54,502 nt of DNA from contig CAOKAG010000005.1 in NCBI GenBank assembly GCA_948466395.1, forward strand, positions 1 to 54,502, in the 5' to 3' direction. The translations under genes were made by a program, and so were the position numbers. The notes beneath the pieces were generated by a model, which worked only from the letters and a program-made list of their open reading frames with translations, ran no database searches and was not told where the DNA came from. This document shows, one piece after another, positions 38,204-48,554 of the stretch. The DNA comes from an uncultured Mycoplasmatota bacterium. GTDB taxonomy: Bacteria; Bacillota_I; Bacilli_A; RF39; UBA660. Position 1 is the stretch's first letter. The number at the start of each line of letters is the position of its first letter.

Positions 38204-39853
38204 TCATCTTTTTAAAGACTTATTTTGCCACATACAATCACTATCCAAAATATAGTATTGGTTAACATTATATAAATCGGAAGTTAAATAACCACTTCCT
38301 ACTTCACGCCCAGAAAAATCTAAAGCTGTATTTTGATGAGGCAAAAGTAACCCATTGCGCATCTTAAAAACTTGAACAGGATGCTCCAAAACTCCAAAAT
38401 TATTATCCCCTAAGTCACTAGAAGAAATATTTTTTCGAACTAAATTTTCTCTAACCTTTTCTATTTCAGCCAAATCTAAATCTTTGGTTTTAAGAACAGG
38501 TAAAACTTCAATATAAACTCTTCCAAACTGATTTCTAATGAAAGGTTGGAGGATTTCTTCCGTATTAGCACAATTTGAAACCATTTTATGACTTCCAATT
38601 TTTAAAACATACGCTCCCAATTGATAACAGCTAAAATTTAAACCTGAACCTATAAATCGAATGGCAGAAAACTTTAAATTTTGAAATTCAAGTAACTCGT
38701 CTATCACTTTTTTTACTAAAAAGGGCTCAACTTCTGAAAAATCCCATTTACTATCTATAGCATGATAAACAGAAGAGACCATTTGAAAAATTAAAGCCTC
38801 TTGATGATTCATCATAAACTCTTCTACACCCTCTATGTTTTCATTTTTAAGAACCGTCAATAAATTTAGCATATATTTCTTAGAATAACCTAAATTCGTT
38901 GATAAATAATCAAATAGTTCTTGTTGATGTTTTAAAAGTACATCACGATTTTTTTTAGACAAAATAGAAATAACGGTTATTAAATAATATTCTGTTCCCT
39001 TTTCAGGAAAAATAAAAACCCTATTATAAAATTCATCGATAATGTCTTTTTCTTCCCAATCGTCGATAGTCATCAATAACGACTGCAATTGATCTAAAGA
39101 ATAATTTAACCAATTATTTTTGATTACATTAAAATAACGCTTCTTTTCTACAGGATTTAAACTTTGTAAAAAAGATTTTATATCCTTTGAATCAGGAATC
39201 AATCCTCGACAAATGATTTCATTTTTTCTATAAAATTCAAAACGTTTAATTTCTTTTTTACTTAATTCAGGAAAATCAATAGGTTTTAAGACATCGCCAT
39301 AAAGATGATAATAAACCGAGATTTTATAATCATCAAAAACAAATTTACGATTAAAAAATCGACACAATTCAATAATTTTCTTTCGATTTCTTTCATCATT
39401 TATCAAAGTAAAAAGACGATTGAATTGTAAAAAATAATTGCCTACCCATTTACAACTAGAAAAAGAATCTTTAAACAATTCAATATGATCTAAAATTTCA
39501 TCTTCACTTAATTTTAAATCATTAGCATTCAAATAATTTAATAATTTTTCTTTTCTTTTCAAAGAAAATCTAATTTTTGTTGAATAAGAAACGATTTTAT
39601 TTATTTTATCTTCTACTCTTTTTTTTAATTGAAGCGCTTCCATCTGTCGATGAATAGAATCCAACTGGCAAAGCCCCTCATTCAATCTTTCATAATCAAC
39701 ATGAGTCAGTTGCTCCTTGTGCTCCTCATACATTTTTAATAAATTTCGTTTACTGACTAAATAGACAGCATCTATATTTACATTTAAAATAGTGGCTTCA
39801 AAGGCCTTAGTAAATCGATCAATTTCTTGACGGATACCCCTTTCAAAATCCAT
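38204..39853 (-). CDS. Hypothetical 549-aa protein with a C-terminal protein-kinase-like motif set
   Basis: C-terminal IGSGLNFSCYQLGAYVLKIG, SSDLGDNNFG and ALDFSG occur in kinase order. The N-terminal ~370 aa are helical and unassigned. Confidence 0.4.
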   Translation of the reverse strand: MDFERGIRQEIDRFTKAFEATILNVNIDAVYLVSKRNLLKMYEEHKEQLTHVDYERLNEGLCQLDSIHRQMEALQLKKRVEDKINKIVSYSTKIRFSLKRKEKLLNYLNANDLKLSEDEILDHIELFKDSFSSCKWVGNYFLQFNRLFTLINDERNRKKIIELCRFFNRKFVFDDYKISVYYHLYGDVLKPIDFPELSKKEIKRFEFYRKNEIICRGLIPDSKDIKSFLQSLNPVEKKRYFNVIKNNWLNYSLDQLQSLLMTIDDWEEKDIIDEFYNRVFIFPEKGTEYYLITVISILSKKNRDVLLKHQQELFDYLSTNLGYSKKYMLNLLTVLKNENIEGVEEFMMNHQEALIFQMVSSVYHAIDSKWDFSEVEPFLVKKVIDELLEFQNLKFSAIRFIGSGLNFSCYQLGAYVLKIGSHKMVSNCANTEEILQPFIRNQFGRVYIEVLPVLKTKDLDLAEIEKVRENLVRKNISSSDLGDNNFGVLEHPVQVFKMRNGLLLPHQNTALDFSGREVGSGYLTSDLYNVNQYYILDSDCMWQNKSLKR

Positions 39854-39953
39854 ACAATCCCCTTCTTTTCCTAGTATTATAACACTCTTTTTTTATTTTG
39901 TCAAAAAACATTAAGAATTAGAAAAAAGCTTTATTCCATTTTAAGCAGAAGAA

Positions 39954-42071
39954 TTAAAACTCATCCCTCTTTTTTTCTATAGTATAATGATCATTTAAAT
40001 AATGAATAACTAAAGTATCATTAAAATTCACTTGATCCTCAAGAATCAAATTAGATAAAACCGTTTCAATATTTCGAGTAACATATCTTTTAACAGGTCT
40101 TGCACCATAATTAGGATCATACGATTCTTCTACTATTTGCGCTCTAGCTTTTTCACTAAGTTCTAATTTAATATTACTAGGTGCCAATCGCTTTTCAATT
40201 TCTCTTAAAATTTTATCCAGAATTTGATTAATGACCTCTTTTGTTAAAGCTTTAAAAATAATAATTTCATCAATACGATTTATAAATTCAGGTCGAAAAT
40301 GTCCTTTTAATTCATTTAGAACCAAATCTAAACTAGTCCCTTGATTTTCTAAAATAAATTCACTTCCTAAATTGCTTGTCATAATAATAATCGTATTTTT
40401 AAAATCCACAACTTTTCCTGTACTATCAGTAATTCTGCCATCATCTAAAATTTGTAACAAAATATTAAAAACATCTTTATGAGCTTTCTCAATTTCATCA
40501 AATAAAACAATTGAAAATGGATTTCTTCGAACCGCTTCGGTTAATTGGCCTCCTTCATCATACCCAACATAACCTGGAGGCGCTCCCACCAAACGACTCA
40601 CATTAAAAGATTCCATATATTCAGAACAATCAATTCGTATCATGTGTCTTTCATCATCAAAAAGTTCACTGGCCAAACTCTTAGCCACTTCTGTCTTTCC
40701 TACCCCTGTAGGACCTAAGAAAATAAACGACCCAATAGGACGATTAGGATCTTTGATTCCACTTCGAGCTCGAATAATCGCTTCACTTACCAATTTCAAC
40801 GCTTCTTCCTGTCCTTTTACTCTTTCTCTCATCTTTTCTTCTAAATGAAGCAGTTTTTCTTTTTCACCACTTACTAACTTTGACACAGGAATATTAGTCC
40901 ATTTAGAAACGACTAAGGCTATATCTTCTTCACCCACAGTATCTGACAATAAAACGCCTTCTGTTTGACTTTTAATCGTTTCTAATTCTTTTTCAAGTTC
41001 TGGAATGACCCCATGACGTAACTTAGCGCTGGTCTCTAAATCATAATTATTCTCAGCCATAGCTAACTTATGACGGGCTTCTTCTAAAGCTTCTTTCTTC
41101 TTACATATTGTCTCATTAACCTTTTTTTCTTCCTCCCATTTAGAACGCATTTCCCCTTCGTTCATTTTTAAACCCTCTAATTCTTTTTTTATTTCTTCCA
41201 AACGATTTTGACTTAATGTATCTTTTTCTTTCTTTAAAGCTTCAGCCTCAATTTCAAGGCGCATAATTGAACGAGTCAACGTATCTAATTCAACAGGGAC
41301 ACTATCCATTTGCATTTTTATCGTCGCACAAGCTTCATCCACTAAATCAATCGCCTTATCAGGTAAAAAACGATCCGTAATATAACGATCACTAAGCGTC
41401 GCGGCTGACACCAAAGCATGATCTTTAATTGTTACTTTGTGATAAACTTCAAAACGCTCTTTTAATCCTCTTAAAATAGTTAACGTATCAATAACATTAG
41501 GTTCTTTAACCAACACTTTTTGAAGTCGACGTTCCAAAGCGCCATCTTTTTCGATATATTTTCGATATTCGTTTAATGTCGTTGCCCCAATTAATTTAAT
41601 TTCTCCACGTGCCAGCATCGGTTTTAACATATTTCCAGCATCCATGGCTCCATTATCTCCACTACCAACAATCATGTGTATTTCATCAATAAACATGATT
41701 AGGTCGCCATTACTTTCTTTAACCGCTTTTAAAATGGCTTTCAATCGTTCTTCGAATTCGCCACGATATTTAGCCCCAGCCACTAAAGCACCCATATCCA
41801 ATTCCCATATCTTTTTATTCTTTAAACTATTTGGGACATCTCCTCTTACAATTCTCAAAGCAAGACCCTCTACAATAGACGTCTTTCCTACACCAGGCTC
41901 TCCTATCAAAACGGGATTATTTTTTGTTTTTCTAGACAAAATACGGATTACATCTCTTATCTCATCATCACGACCAATAACTGGATCAATTTTATTATCA
42001 ATCACATCTTTAACAATATCACGACCATATTTTTCTAACACATTTTCATTATTTTGTGCATTTTCATACAT
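39954..42071 (-). CDS. clpB: ClpB disaggregase without the N-terminal domain
   Basis: Two Walker A sites ([16 protein letters not shown]) with a coiled-coil M domain between them. The protein starts ~20 aa before [14 protein letters not shown]. Confidence 0.9.
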   Translation of the reverse strand: MYENAQNNENVLEKYGRDIVKDVIDNKIDPVIGRDDEIRDVIRILSRKTKNNPVLIGEPGVGKTSIVEGLALRIVRGDVPNSLKNKKIWELDMGALVAGAKYRGEFEERLKAILKAVKESNGDLIMFIDEIHMIVGSGDNGAMDAGNMLKPMLARGEIKLIGATTLNEYRKYIEKDGALERRLQKVLVKEPNVIDTLTILRGLKERFEVYHKVTIKDHALVSAATLSDRYITDRFLPDKAIDLVDEACATIKMQMDSVPVELDTLTRSIMRLEIEAEALKKEKDTLSQNRLEEIKKELEGLKMNEGEMRSKWEEEKKVNETICKKKEALEEARHKLAMAENNYDLETSAKLRHGVIPELEKELETIKSQTEGVLLSDTVGEEDIALVVSKWTNIPVSKLVSGEKEKLLHLEEKMRERVKGQEEALKLVSEAIIRARSGIKDPNRPIGSFIFLGPTGVGKTEVAKSLASELFDDERHMIRIDCSEYMESFNVSRLVGAPPGYVGYDEGGQLTEAVRRNPFSIVLFDEIEKAHKDVFNILLQILDDGRITDSTGKVVDFKNTIIIMTSNLGSEFILENQGTSLDLVLNELKGHFRPEFINRIDEIIIFKALTKEVINQILDKILREIEKRLAPSNIKLELSEKARAQIVEESYDPNYGARPVKRYVTRNIETVLSNLILEDQVNFNDTLVIHYLNDHYTIEKKRDEF

Positions 42072-42094
42072 ATTATCCCTCTTTTCTTGAGGGT

Positions 42095-42136
42095 ATTATA
42101 AAATAAAAATTAGCACTTGTCAATACAAAGTGCTAA
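42095..42136 (-). promoter_or_regulatory. CIRCE operator (HrcA site) overlapping the clpB sigma-A promoter
   Basis: TTAGCACTT-N9-AAGTGCTAA at 42110-42136 (perfect 9-bp arms). On the minus strand, TTGACA (42118-42123) lies inside the spacer, followed by 17 nt and TATAAT (42095-42100). Confidence 0.85.
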
Positions 42137-42185
42137 TGTAAAGGTAAAAAAATAAAACCTCTTTTAAATGAATAAAAAAAGGCTT

Positions 42186-43085
42186 TTAAAACAAACTGAT
42201 TTGCTCATTCATTTTAGGAACAACTCTTTTATAATCTTTAATAATCTCTCCCATATCACACAAAAGTTGATATTGATTACATTCATTAACAAAAAGTTCT
42301 AATAAATCTTTGTATCTTAAAGGATTAGCAATCAAACTTTTCTCATAAATTCCTCTATAATCTCTAGAAAGTTCTGGATAGAGTTGATCAATTTTTTCAT
42401 AATAATACTCAGCAACGGTTCTTCTTAAAGTCATTCCCATCTTCGTATAAATAAAACGAGCTCCGACCTCATGCGCTTTTTTAATCATTGATTTAATATT
42501 CTCTTCATTATCGGTTACAAAGGGCAAAACGGGTGTCATTAAAACGCCTACATAAATTCCCTTTTCTTTCAAACGCTTAACAACTTGAAATCTTTTCTCT
42601 GGTGAAATAACATGAGGTTCAAGTGTTTTTGCTAATGTTGCATCCGTTGTTATAATACTAATCTTTATAATCACATTATTTTTTTTATTAATCGCACTTA
42701 ACAAATCCAAATCTCTTAAAATTAAATCACTTTTTGTATCTATGGAAACACCAAAACCATATTTTTCAATCAATTTTAGCGCACCTCTGGTAAACTCATA
42801 TTTTTCTTCCATAACATTATAAGGATCAGAAAGCGTTCCAAAACTAACCACCCCTTTAAAGTGTTTACTTGAAAGCTCTTCCTCCAAAATTTCTAAAGCA
42901 TTGACTTTACCTTTGATTTCATCAAAATTTTTTATATGATACGCTTCACTTCTACTATCACAATAAATACATCCAAAAGAACAACCACGATATAAATTCA
43001 TGTGATAATCAATGCCAAACCAATGGTTACCTTGATCACTTTTAGTCATAATTGTCCTTGTTTTAACATACTCCATAAAAACCAC
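42186..43085 (-). CDS. Radical SAM protein (SplB/COG1533-like)
   Basis: CSFGCIYCDS motif. An ATG at 43076 is an alternative start. Confidence 0.65.
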   Translation of the reverse strand: MVFMEYVKTRTIMTKSDQGNHWFGIDYHMNLYRGCSFGCIYCDSRSEAYHIKNFDEIKGKVNALEILEEELSSKHFKGVVSFGTLSDPYNVMEEKYEFTRGALKLIEKYGFGVSIDTKSDLILRDLDLLSAINKKNNVIIKISIITTDATLAKTLEPHVISPEKRFQVVKRLKEKGIYVGVLMTPVLPFVTDNEENIKSMIKKAHEVGARFIYTKMGMTLRRTVAEYYYEKIDQLYPELSRDYRGIYEKSLIANPLRYKDLLELFVNECNQYQLLCDMGEIIKDYKRVVPKMNEQISLF

Positions 43086-43163
43086 CCTTGTCCTTCTCTA
43101 TGGCTATTATAACACATTTAATAAACTTTGAATATAATACATTGTGATTAGGAGGAATTTAAA

Positions 43164-43760
43164 ATGAAAAGAAAAATAGTTTGTTGTTTAATTGGATTAG
43201 TTCTATTATCTGGAATCGGAATAACCGTTAAAAAATTCGGTACAAAAGATAACTTAACAACCATTCGTGTTTCAGAAGTAACACACAGTGCCTTTTACGC
43301 TCCATTTTATGTAGCCATTGAAGAAGGGTATTTCAAAGAATACAACCTTGACATTGACTTAATTTTAACGAGTGGCGCAGACAAAGTAGCTGCAGCGGTT
43401 TTATCTAATGACGTTCAAGTAGGATTCGCAGGCCCCGAAAGTGCCATTTACGTCTATAATGGTGGTGAAGAAGATTACTTAGTAACTTTTAGTGGTCTTA
43501 CCAAAAGAGACGGTCAATTTATTATTTCAAGAGAAAAAATTTCTAATTTTACATTAAATGACTTAAAAGAAAAGGAAATATTAGCTGGACGTACAGGAGG
43601 TATGCCAATCTTAAATTTCCAAAACGCCTTAAAAAATGAAAATATAAATGAAAAAGACTTAAACATTAATACAAGTATTGAATTTGCATCTTTAGCGGGA
43701 TCATTCATATCTGGAGAGGGAGACTTTGTAAATCTTTTTGAACAAAACGCGCGAGAATGA
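43164..43760 (+). pseudogene. ABC transporter substrate-binding protein (NMT1/SsuA-like), 5' part. Native to 43741; the last 6 codons and the stop come from the inserted element.
   Basis: Signal/lipobox-like N-terminus. ..GDFVNLFE then QNARE-stop. The continuation ..PNATKLVKEGYGH.. is found in frame at 48147. Confidence 0.85.
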
Positions 43761-43788
43761 AGTCTCCAAGTGAAAAATTATAAGCATA

Positions 43789-45495
43789 TTACATGCAAAA
43801 ATAACCATTCACTTGATAATTGACCTTATATCTTTTAGTCCCTTGCGTATCATATCCTCTTTTAAATTCATAACTACTTCTTAAAATGGGTTGTCGTTTT
43901 TTATTTTGGTTATCTTTATAAGATAAAAATATATTCAATTCTATATTATTTTTATCATTACTTATTTTAGATACGACGATATGATCTAGTAATGAACTAA
44001 TAATTTTAGTTATGGTTGATTTAGAATTAACTTTTAAATTTAAGCTATCCTTTAACGCTTTTGTTTTATCAGTAGTTGTCTTTAATTTATCTTTATCAAG
44101 TTTAAGTTGATTCAACTCTTTGATAAGAGTATTTATCTTATCATTAAATTGATTATTTCTTTCGTAAAATTCTTCATTAGATAAACCACCCTCGATACTT
44201 AATTCTAATATCTTATCTTTCTTAGTATATAGATTATTAATTTCTTTTTCTCTAGATGAAATTTCTTCATCAATATCAGTATCTATTTCGAGATGATTAT
44301 AATAATTGATTAAAGTATCGATAATATCTTTAGAATCAATTTGCAGTTTAAATATTAAATCTTTAAAAATAGCATCTAATTCGGATTCTCTAATATTTGG
44401 TGAATCACAAGTAGCTTTACCCTTTTTTAAATATTCCGAGCAAACCCAAGTAATATCTTTGTTAACTCGCCTAAACTCTCTTCTGTGGAAAACTGTATTG
44501 TGCTCTGCACAATAAATTTTAGCACTATACAAGTATCTATTTTTATAAATACTTTTATCCTCTTTTCGCATCACAAATGCTTTTTTTCTTGTCATTAAAC
44601 GAGTATTAGCTCTTTCCCACAAATCTTCATCGATGATTGGTGGGATTCTTATTTTATCCTCATAGATAACCCAATCGTCTTTTTCAAAGTATTTTATTTT
44701 TTTAGTCATATAGTCTACTATTTCAGATTTTCTAGCACAATAATATCCTTTATATTTAGGATTTTCTATCATTCTAGAAATGGTAGAAATACACCATTTT
44801 TTATTTTGACAAGTTTTTAGACCTTCACTATTTAGTATTTTTGAAATTTTAGATAGTGATAATTCTTCAATTCCATAGAGTTCATATATTCTTCTAACTA
44901 TTTTTGCTTCATTTTCTATAATAGTAAGTACACCTGTATCCTTATCTTTTTGATAGCCATAAAGCATATCATTACCAAGTATTTCTCCTCGTTCTATTGC
45001 ACGATTCATACCAAATTTAACACGTTCTGATAATCTTCTTATTTCATCTTGTGCCATAGAAGCCATTATAGTAAGTCTAAGTTCAGAATCAGGCATAGCT
45101 GTATTAATATTATCATTTACAAATAATACAGCCACTCCATAAGATAATAGTTCTCTAGTATATTTAATACTATCAAGTGTATTTCTTGAAAATCTAGATA
45201 TTTCTTTAGTAACTATTAAATCAAATTTACCAAGTCTAGCCTCTTCAATCATTTTCATAAAATTATCTCTTTTAACATCACTTGTACCAGTTATTCCGTC
45301 ATCTACATAACCTTTGATATAAGTCCAATTTGGATTTTGTTTTATATATTGTTCAAAATGTTCCACTTGATTTTGAAGGGACTTCTTTTGTTCTAAATGA
45401 TCAGTTGATACTCTTGCATAATCTGTTACTCTAAGTTTTATACTTGTAAGTGGCATTCCCATATTTAACTGCTTTCGAACAGTATATAAATCCAA
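43789..45495 (-). CDS. Large serine recombinase
   Basis: DYARVSTDHLEQ, SRFSRN, recombinase domain, zinc ribbon CAEHN..CSEY..C, coiled coil. The stop is 45 nt from the left att core. Confidence 0.9.
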   Translation of the reverse strand: MDLYTVRKQLNMGMPLTSIKLRVTDYARVSTDHLEQKKSLQNQVEHFEQYIKQNPNWTYIKGYVDDGITGTSDVKRDNFMKMIEEARLGKFDLIVTKEISRFSRNTLDSIKYTRELLSYGVAVLFVNDNINTAMPDSELRLTIMASMAQDEIRRLSERVKFGMNRAIERGEILGNDMLYGYQKDKDTGVLTIIENEAKIVRRIYELYGIEELSLSKISKILNSEGLKTCQNKKWCISTISRMIENPKYKGYYCARKSEIVDYMTKKIKYFEKDDWVIYEDKIRIPPIIDEDLWERANTRLMTRKKAFVMRKEDKSIYKNRYLYSAKIYCAEHNTVFHRREFRRVNKDITWVCSEYLKKGKATCDSPNIRESELDAIFKDLIFKLQIDSKDIIDTLINYYNHLEIDTDIDEEISSREKEINNLYTKKDKILELSIEGGLSNEEFYERNNQFNDKINTLIKELNQLKLDKDKLKTTTDKTKALKDSLNLKVNSKSTITKIISSLLDHIVVSKISNDKNNIELNIFLSYKDNQNKKRQPILRSSYEFKRGYDTQGTKRYKVNYQVNGYFCM

Positions 45496-45535
45496 TGCTT
45501 CTTCTCCTTTCTAATAGAATTATACCCTATTATTT

Positions 45536-45733
45536 TCATGTATTAGCATTTGCACCACTTACACTCACAATTTTTAATTCTTTTAAGATATTTTCTTCTG
45601 TAAATTTAAACATCTTAAAAGATATTTTTTTTTCATCAAATAACTCTTTATTTAAGGAAAGAGCTACATTTAAAAGAATTGCTTTATTTTTATATTTTAC
45701 TTCTTTACTTCTCATCATATCATTAGAATCCAT
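45536..45733 (-). CDS. Small helical protein immediately upstream of the LSR
   Basis: 65 aa, RBS AAGGAG. Same arrangement as 4372-4554. Confidence 0.5.
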   Translation of the reverse strand: MDSNDMMRSKEVKYKNKAILLNVALSLNKELFDEKKISFKMFKFTEENILKELKIVSVSGANANT

Positions 45734-46176
45734 AACCCATCTCCTTCATTTAAAACTATGAGAAAAAGCGTAAAATAATACGTTAAGAAAAAAACAGAAG
45801 CTATTTATTTAGTTTCTGCTTAGTTTCTTTTATTTGTCTAACGGTTAAAGTAGTTTCATTTGTTTTAATTAGCATTCTTATCTCATTATGGTAAAAAGTA
45901 TTGTTTTATTTAATCATCCCAATAATCCTTGTTCATATTCTATTAGCAACCCTAATAGAATCACTCATTATTTTAATTATTTCATTTTTACCTTCAATAT
46001 CTTCTTTATATAAAGACTTTTATAGCATGATTTAATCGCTCTTCTGATACTCCTAATTTTCTTTCTCTATCATTTCGATATATCCATTTATTTTTCTTGT
46101 TAAGGAAAAATTCCTAAAACCCGTTATAGTCTCCGCCAGTTTAGATATATTTCATTCCTATTTCACACTTTCTTTG

Positions 46177-47154
46177 TTATTTATCGATTTCTTCTATTTC
46201 TTTGTTTAGTATTTCTAAGTAATCTTGTTCGGCGGTAGTTAAATGTTTTTGCATATATTTATCATATTCTTCATGTGCTTTTTTTAACGCTTCTTCATGT
46301 GATATTATCCCATTATCTTTTAAAATATCTTTTCTTGTCATCTTTAAAAATGTATCTAATTCATTAACCCAATCTTTCATTGTCATAGGATGTCTATCTA
46401 AAGCATTAATTTCTGCAATATCTAAATAAGCTGATACCATTCTATTTAGAGTATTAAGTTCTTCCTCAGTTAAATAGTTTTTAGCAATTTCAGTTTCACT
46501 TTTTGTTGGATAATCACCTTTAAAATTAGTAAGTCCTAGATTTTCTTTATTAGAATCAACTCGTTTAAATATTACTTCAGCAGCGGTATTGCCATGAGTA
46601 GCATAATGCATTTTGTTTTGCACAGTTTTGAAAAAATTTATAGATAATTTATCTTTGGGATTATAATCAATTGAAGTTGCATAAATATCCAATACTTTTC
46701 TCCAAAAAATTTTTTCCGAAGATCTAATATCACGAATTCTAGCAAGTAATTCTTCAAAGTATGGACTTTCACCATTATTTTTTAATCTCTCATCATTTAA
46801 AACAAAACCTTTAATCATATATTCTTTTAATACCTTAGTTGCCCATATTCTAAATTCAGTAGCCTTTTTAGAGTTAATTCTATACCCAACAGCAATAATA
46901 GCATCTAAATTATAGTGCAAAACATTATACTTTTTACCATCATTAGCAGTTGTTAAGAATTTCTTAACAACTGAATCTTTTTGTAACTCACCTTCATCAA
47001 AAATATTTTTTAAGTGCATAGAAATATTATTTTTAGTAGTATCATAAAGATTAGCCATTACATCTTGACTCATCCATATATCTTCATTTTGTATATTAAC
47101 ATCAACTTTTACATTACCATCTTTTGATACATATATAATCATATTATTTTTCAT
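46177..47154 (-). CDS. RhuM-family protein
   Basis: IWMSQDVMANLYDTTKNNISMHLKNIFDEGEL..AVGYRINSKKATEFRIWATKVLKEY is the RhuM-type N-terminal pattern as I recall it. Confidence 0.65.
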   Translation of the reverse strand: MKNNMIIYVSKDGNVKVDVNIQNEDIWMSQDVMANLYDTTKNNISMHLKNIFDEGELQKDSVVKKFLTTANDGKKYNVLHYNLDAIIAVGYRINSKKATEFRIWATKVLKEYMIKGFVLNDERLKNNGESPYFEELLARIRDIRSSEKIFWRKVLDIYATSIDYNPKDKLSINFFKTVQNKMHYATHGNTAAEVIFKRVDSNKENLGLTNFKGDYPTKSETEIAKNYLTEEELNTLNRMVSAYLDIAEINALDRHPMTMKDWVNELDTFLKMTRKDILKDNGIISHEEALKKAHEEYDKYMQKHLTTAEQDYLEILNKEIEEIDK

Positions 47155-47170
47155 TGAATCACTCCTAATC

Positions 47171-48025
47171 TTATTTAATATTTCTATTTATCCATTTTAA
47201 AATTATTTTAGAAATCTCTTCTTCTTTGTTGTTATAAAAATGATTTGTATTATCTATAATTTGATATTCAAAATTATTACAATTAATTGCCTTTTCTTTT
47301 AATAAATATTGCTTTAAATATGTTGGATATTCATTACTTCCAGCAAAAGATAGAATTGGTATATTAATAGTAGATAATTGTTCAAAGATTTCTGGATTTC
47401 TTTCAATAGGAAAATTATCAATATTACTATTTTCTAAAGATTCGTTTATAAAAGTGGCAGAGCTTATATAATCAGTCCCACCAATTAATGTATTTAGTAA
47501 CTTTCTAGGATTATTATTTTTTACATTGCTTTCTGCTTCACTTAATAAATTATCAAACTTGCTTTCTTCCTTTTTTGTAATACCAACCATATCGGATGCC
47601 GAAGCTAAAATAAGACCTTGTACATCATCTTTGCTTTTTGATAAATAATATAATGCTTTGTTACATCCCAAACTATGTCCCATTAAAATAATCTTTTTAT
47701 ATCCTAATTCTTTTACTTTTTTTATCCAAACCTCAATATCTTTTAAACAATCTTCAAATATTTCAAAAGTAGCACCATTAAATTTTAAATTACCATCCTT
47801 TTTACTCATACAGTTGATATAAGAATAACCACGATTATGACTATATAAAAAACTGGTTCCATTATTAGAAAGATATTTTCCTAAAACATAGGCAAAATAG
47901 TTATCTACAATACTTTGTGCTTGTCCATGAATAAATAATACACAACAATCTAGTTTACCTGAATCAAAGTATGTTCCCTGTACACGTAAATTATCTTCAG
48001 TATATTCATAAAATAAATCTATCAT
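47171..48025 (-). CDS. Alpha/beta hydrolase (Ser-Asp-His)
   Basis: Nucleophile elbow GHSLG, with candidate Asp (ASASD) and His (NTNHF). Promoter TATAAT at the right end of the element. Confidence 0.65.
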   Translation of the reverse strand: MIDLFYEYTEDNLRVQGTYFDSGKLDCCVLFIHGQAQSIVDNYFAYVLGKYLSNNGTSFLYSHNRGYSYINCMSKKDGNLKFNGATFEIFEDCLKDIEVWIKKVKELGYKKIILMGHSLGCNKALYYLSKSKDDVQGLILASASDMVGITKKEESKFDNLLSEAESNVKNNNPRKLLNTLIGGTDYISSATFINESLENSNIDNFPIERNPEIFEQLSTINIPILSFAGSNEYPTYLKQYLLKEKAINCNNFEYQIIDNTNHFYNNKEEEISKIILKWINRNIK

Positions 48026-48143
48026 AGCTAGTCACCTCTAATAAATTATACTAAAAAAGTCCTAGTTTTCCTAGAACTCAGCAGTATTTTATATGGAAAT
48101 TTATTTTGAACAATATTAGTGACTTCTTATACTTGCACTAAGA

Positions 48144-48554
48144 GAACCAAATGCCACAAAGTTAGTTAAAGAAGGCTATGGACACATTGTTGGAAACATT
48201 GGAGCTTATTCAGGTGAAGTCCCTTATACCGCTTTCTATTCAAGAAAAAGTTATTTAGAAAACAATAAAGAAACCTTAATTAACTTTACAAAAGCCATTA
48301 ATAAAGGATTAGAGTATGTAAAAAATCATTCATCTGAAGAAATTGCCAAAATCATCTTACCACAATTTCCAGACATTTCACTAACCGATCTAACAACCAT
48401 TGTCGACAATTATAAAAAATACGATTCTTGGCTTTCAAACAGTTTTATTACAGAAGAAAGTTATAAAAATTTAGAAAACATTATGATGGATGCCAAATTA
48501 CTTGAAAACGATGTTCCATACGATCAATTAATCAATAATTTAAATAATGAATAA
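48144..48554 (+). pseudogene. ABC transporter substrate-binding protein, 3' part (136 codons plus stop)
   Basis: Open frame E PNATKLVKEGYGHIVGNIGAYSGEVPYTAFYSRKSYLENN..NNLNNE-stop. Overlaps the ATPase start, as expected for an operon. Confidence 0.85.

Larger units (their letters stand above)
43742..48145. mobile_element. ~4.4-kb LSR integrative element splitting the binding-protein gene. Central dinucleotide GA lies within the 4-bp identity GAAC (43740-43743 and 48144-48147).
   Basis: Excision restores the ORF ..CTT TTT GAA CCA AAT GCC.. The reconstituted attP is 48 bp with GACTTC at -23..-18 and GAAGTC at +18..+23. attB has ACTTTGT at -17..-11 and ACAAAGT at +11..+17 about the same GA. Confidence 0.85.

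Noticed and set aside
41644-42090. 148-aa ORF antisense to the 5' end of clpB (also 40642-40848)
   Set aside because: It mirrors the highly conserved ClpB NBD1 frame and is Ser/Pro/Leu-rich, as antisense translations are. It has no independent signals.
43514-45761. ORFs 43514-43708(-), 44306-44515(+) and 45450-45761(+)
   Set aside because: They are antisense to the binding-protein fragment, the LSR, and the small-ORF/LSR start respectively. They are low-complexity and have no RBS.
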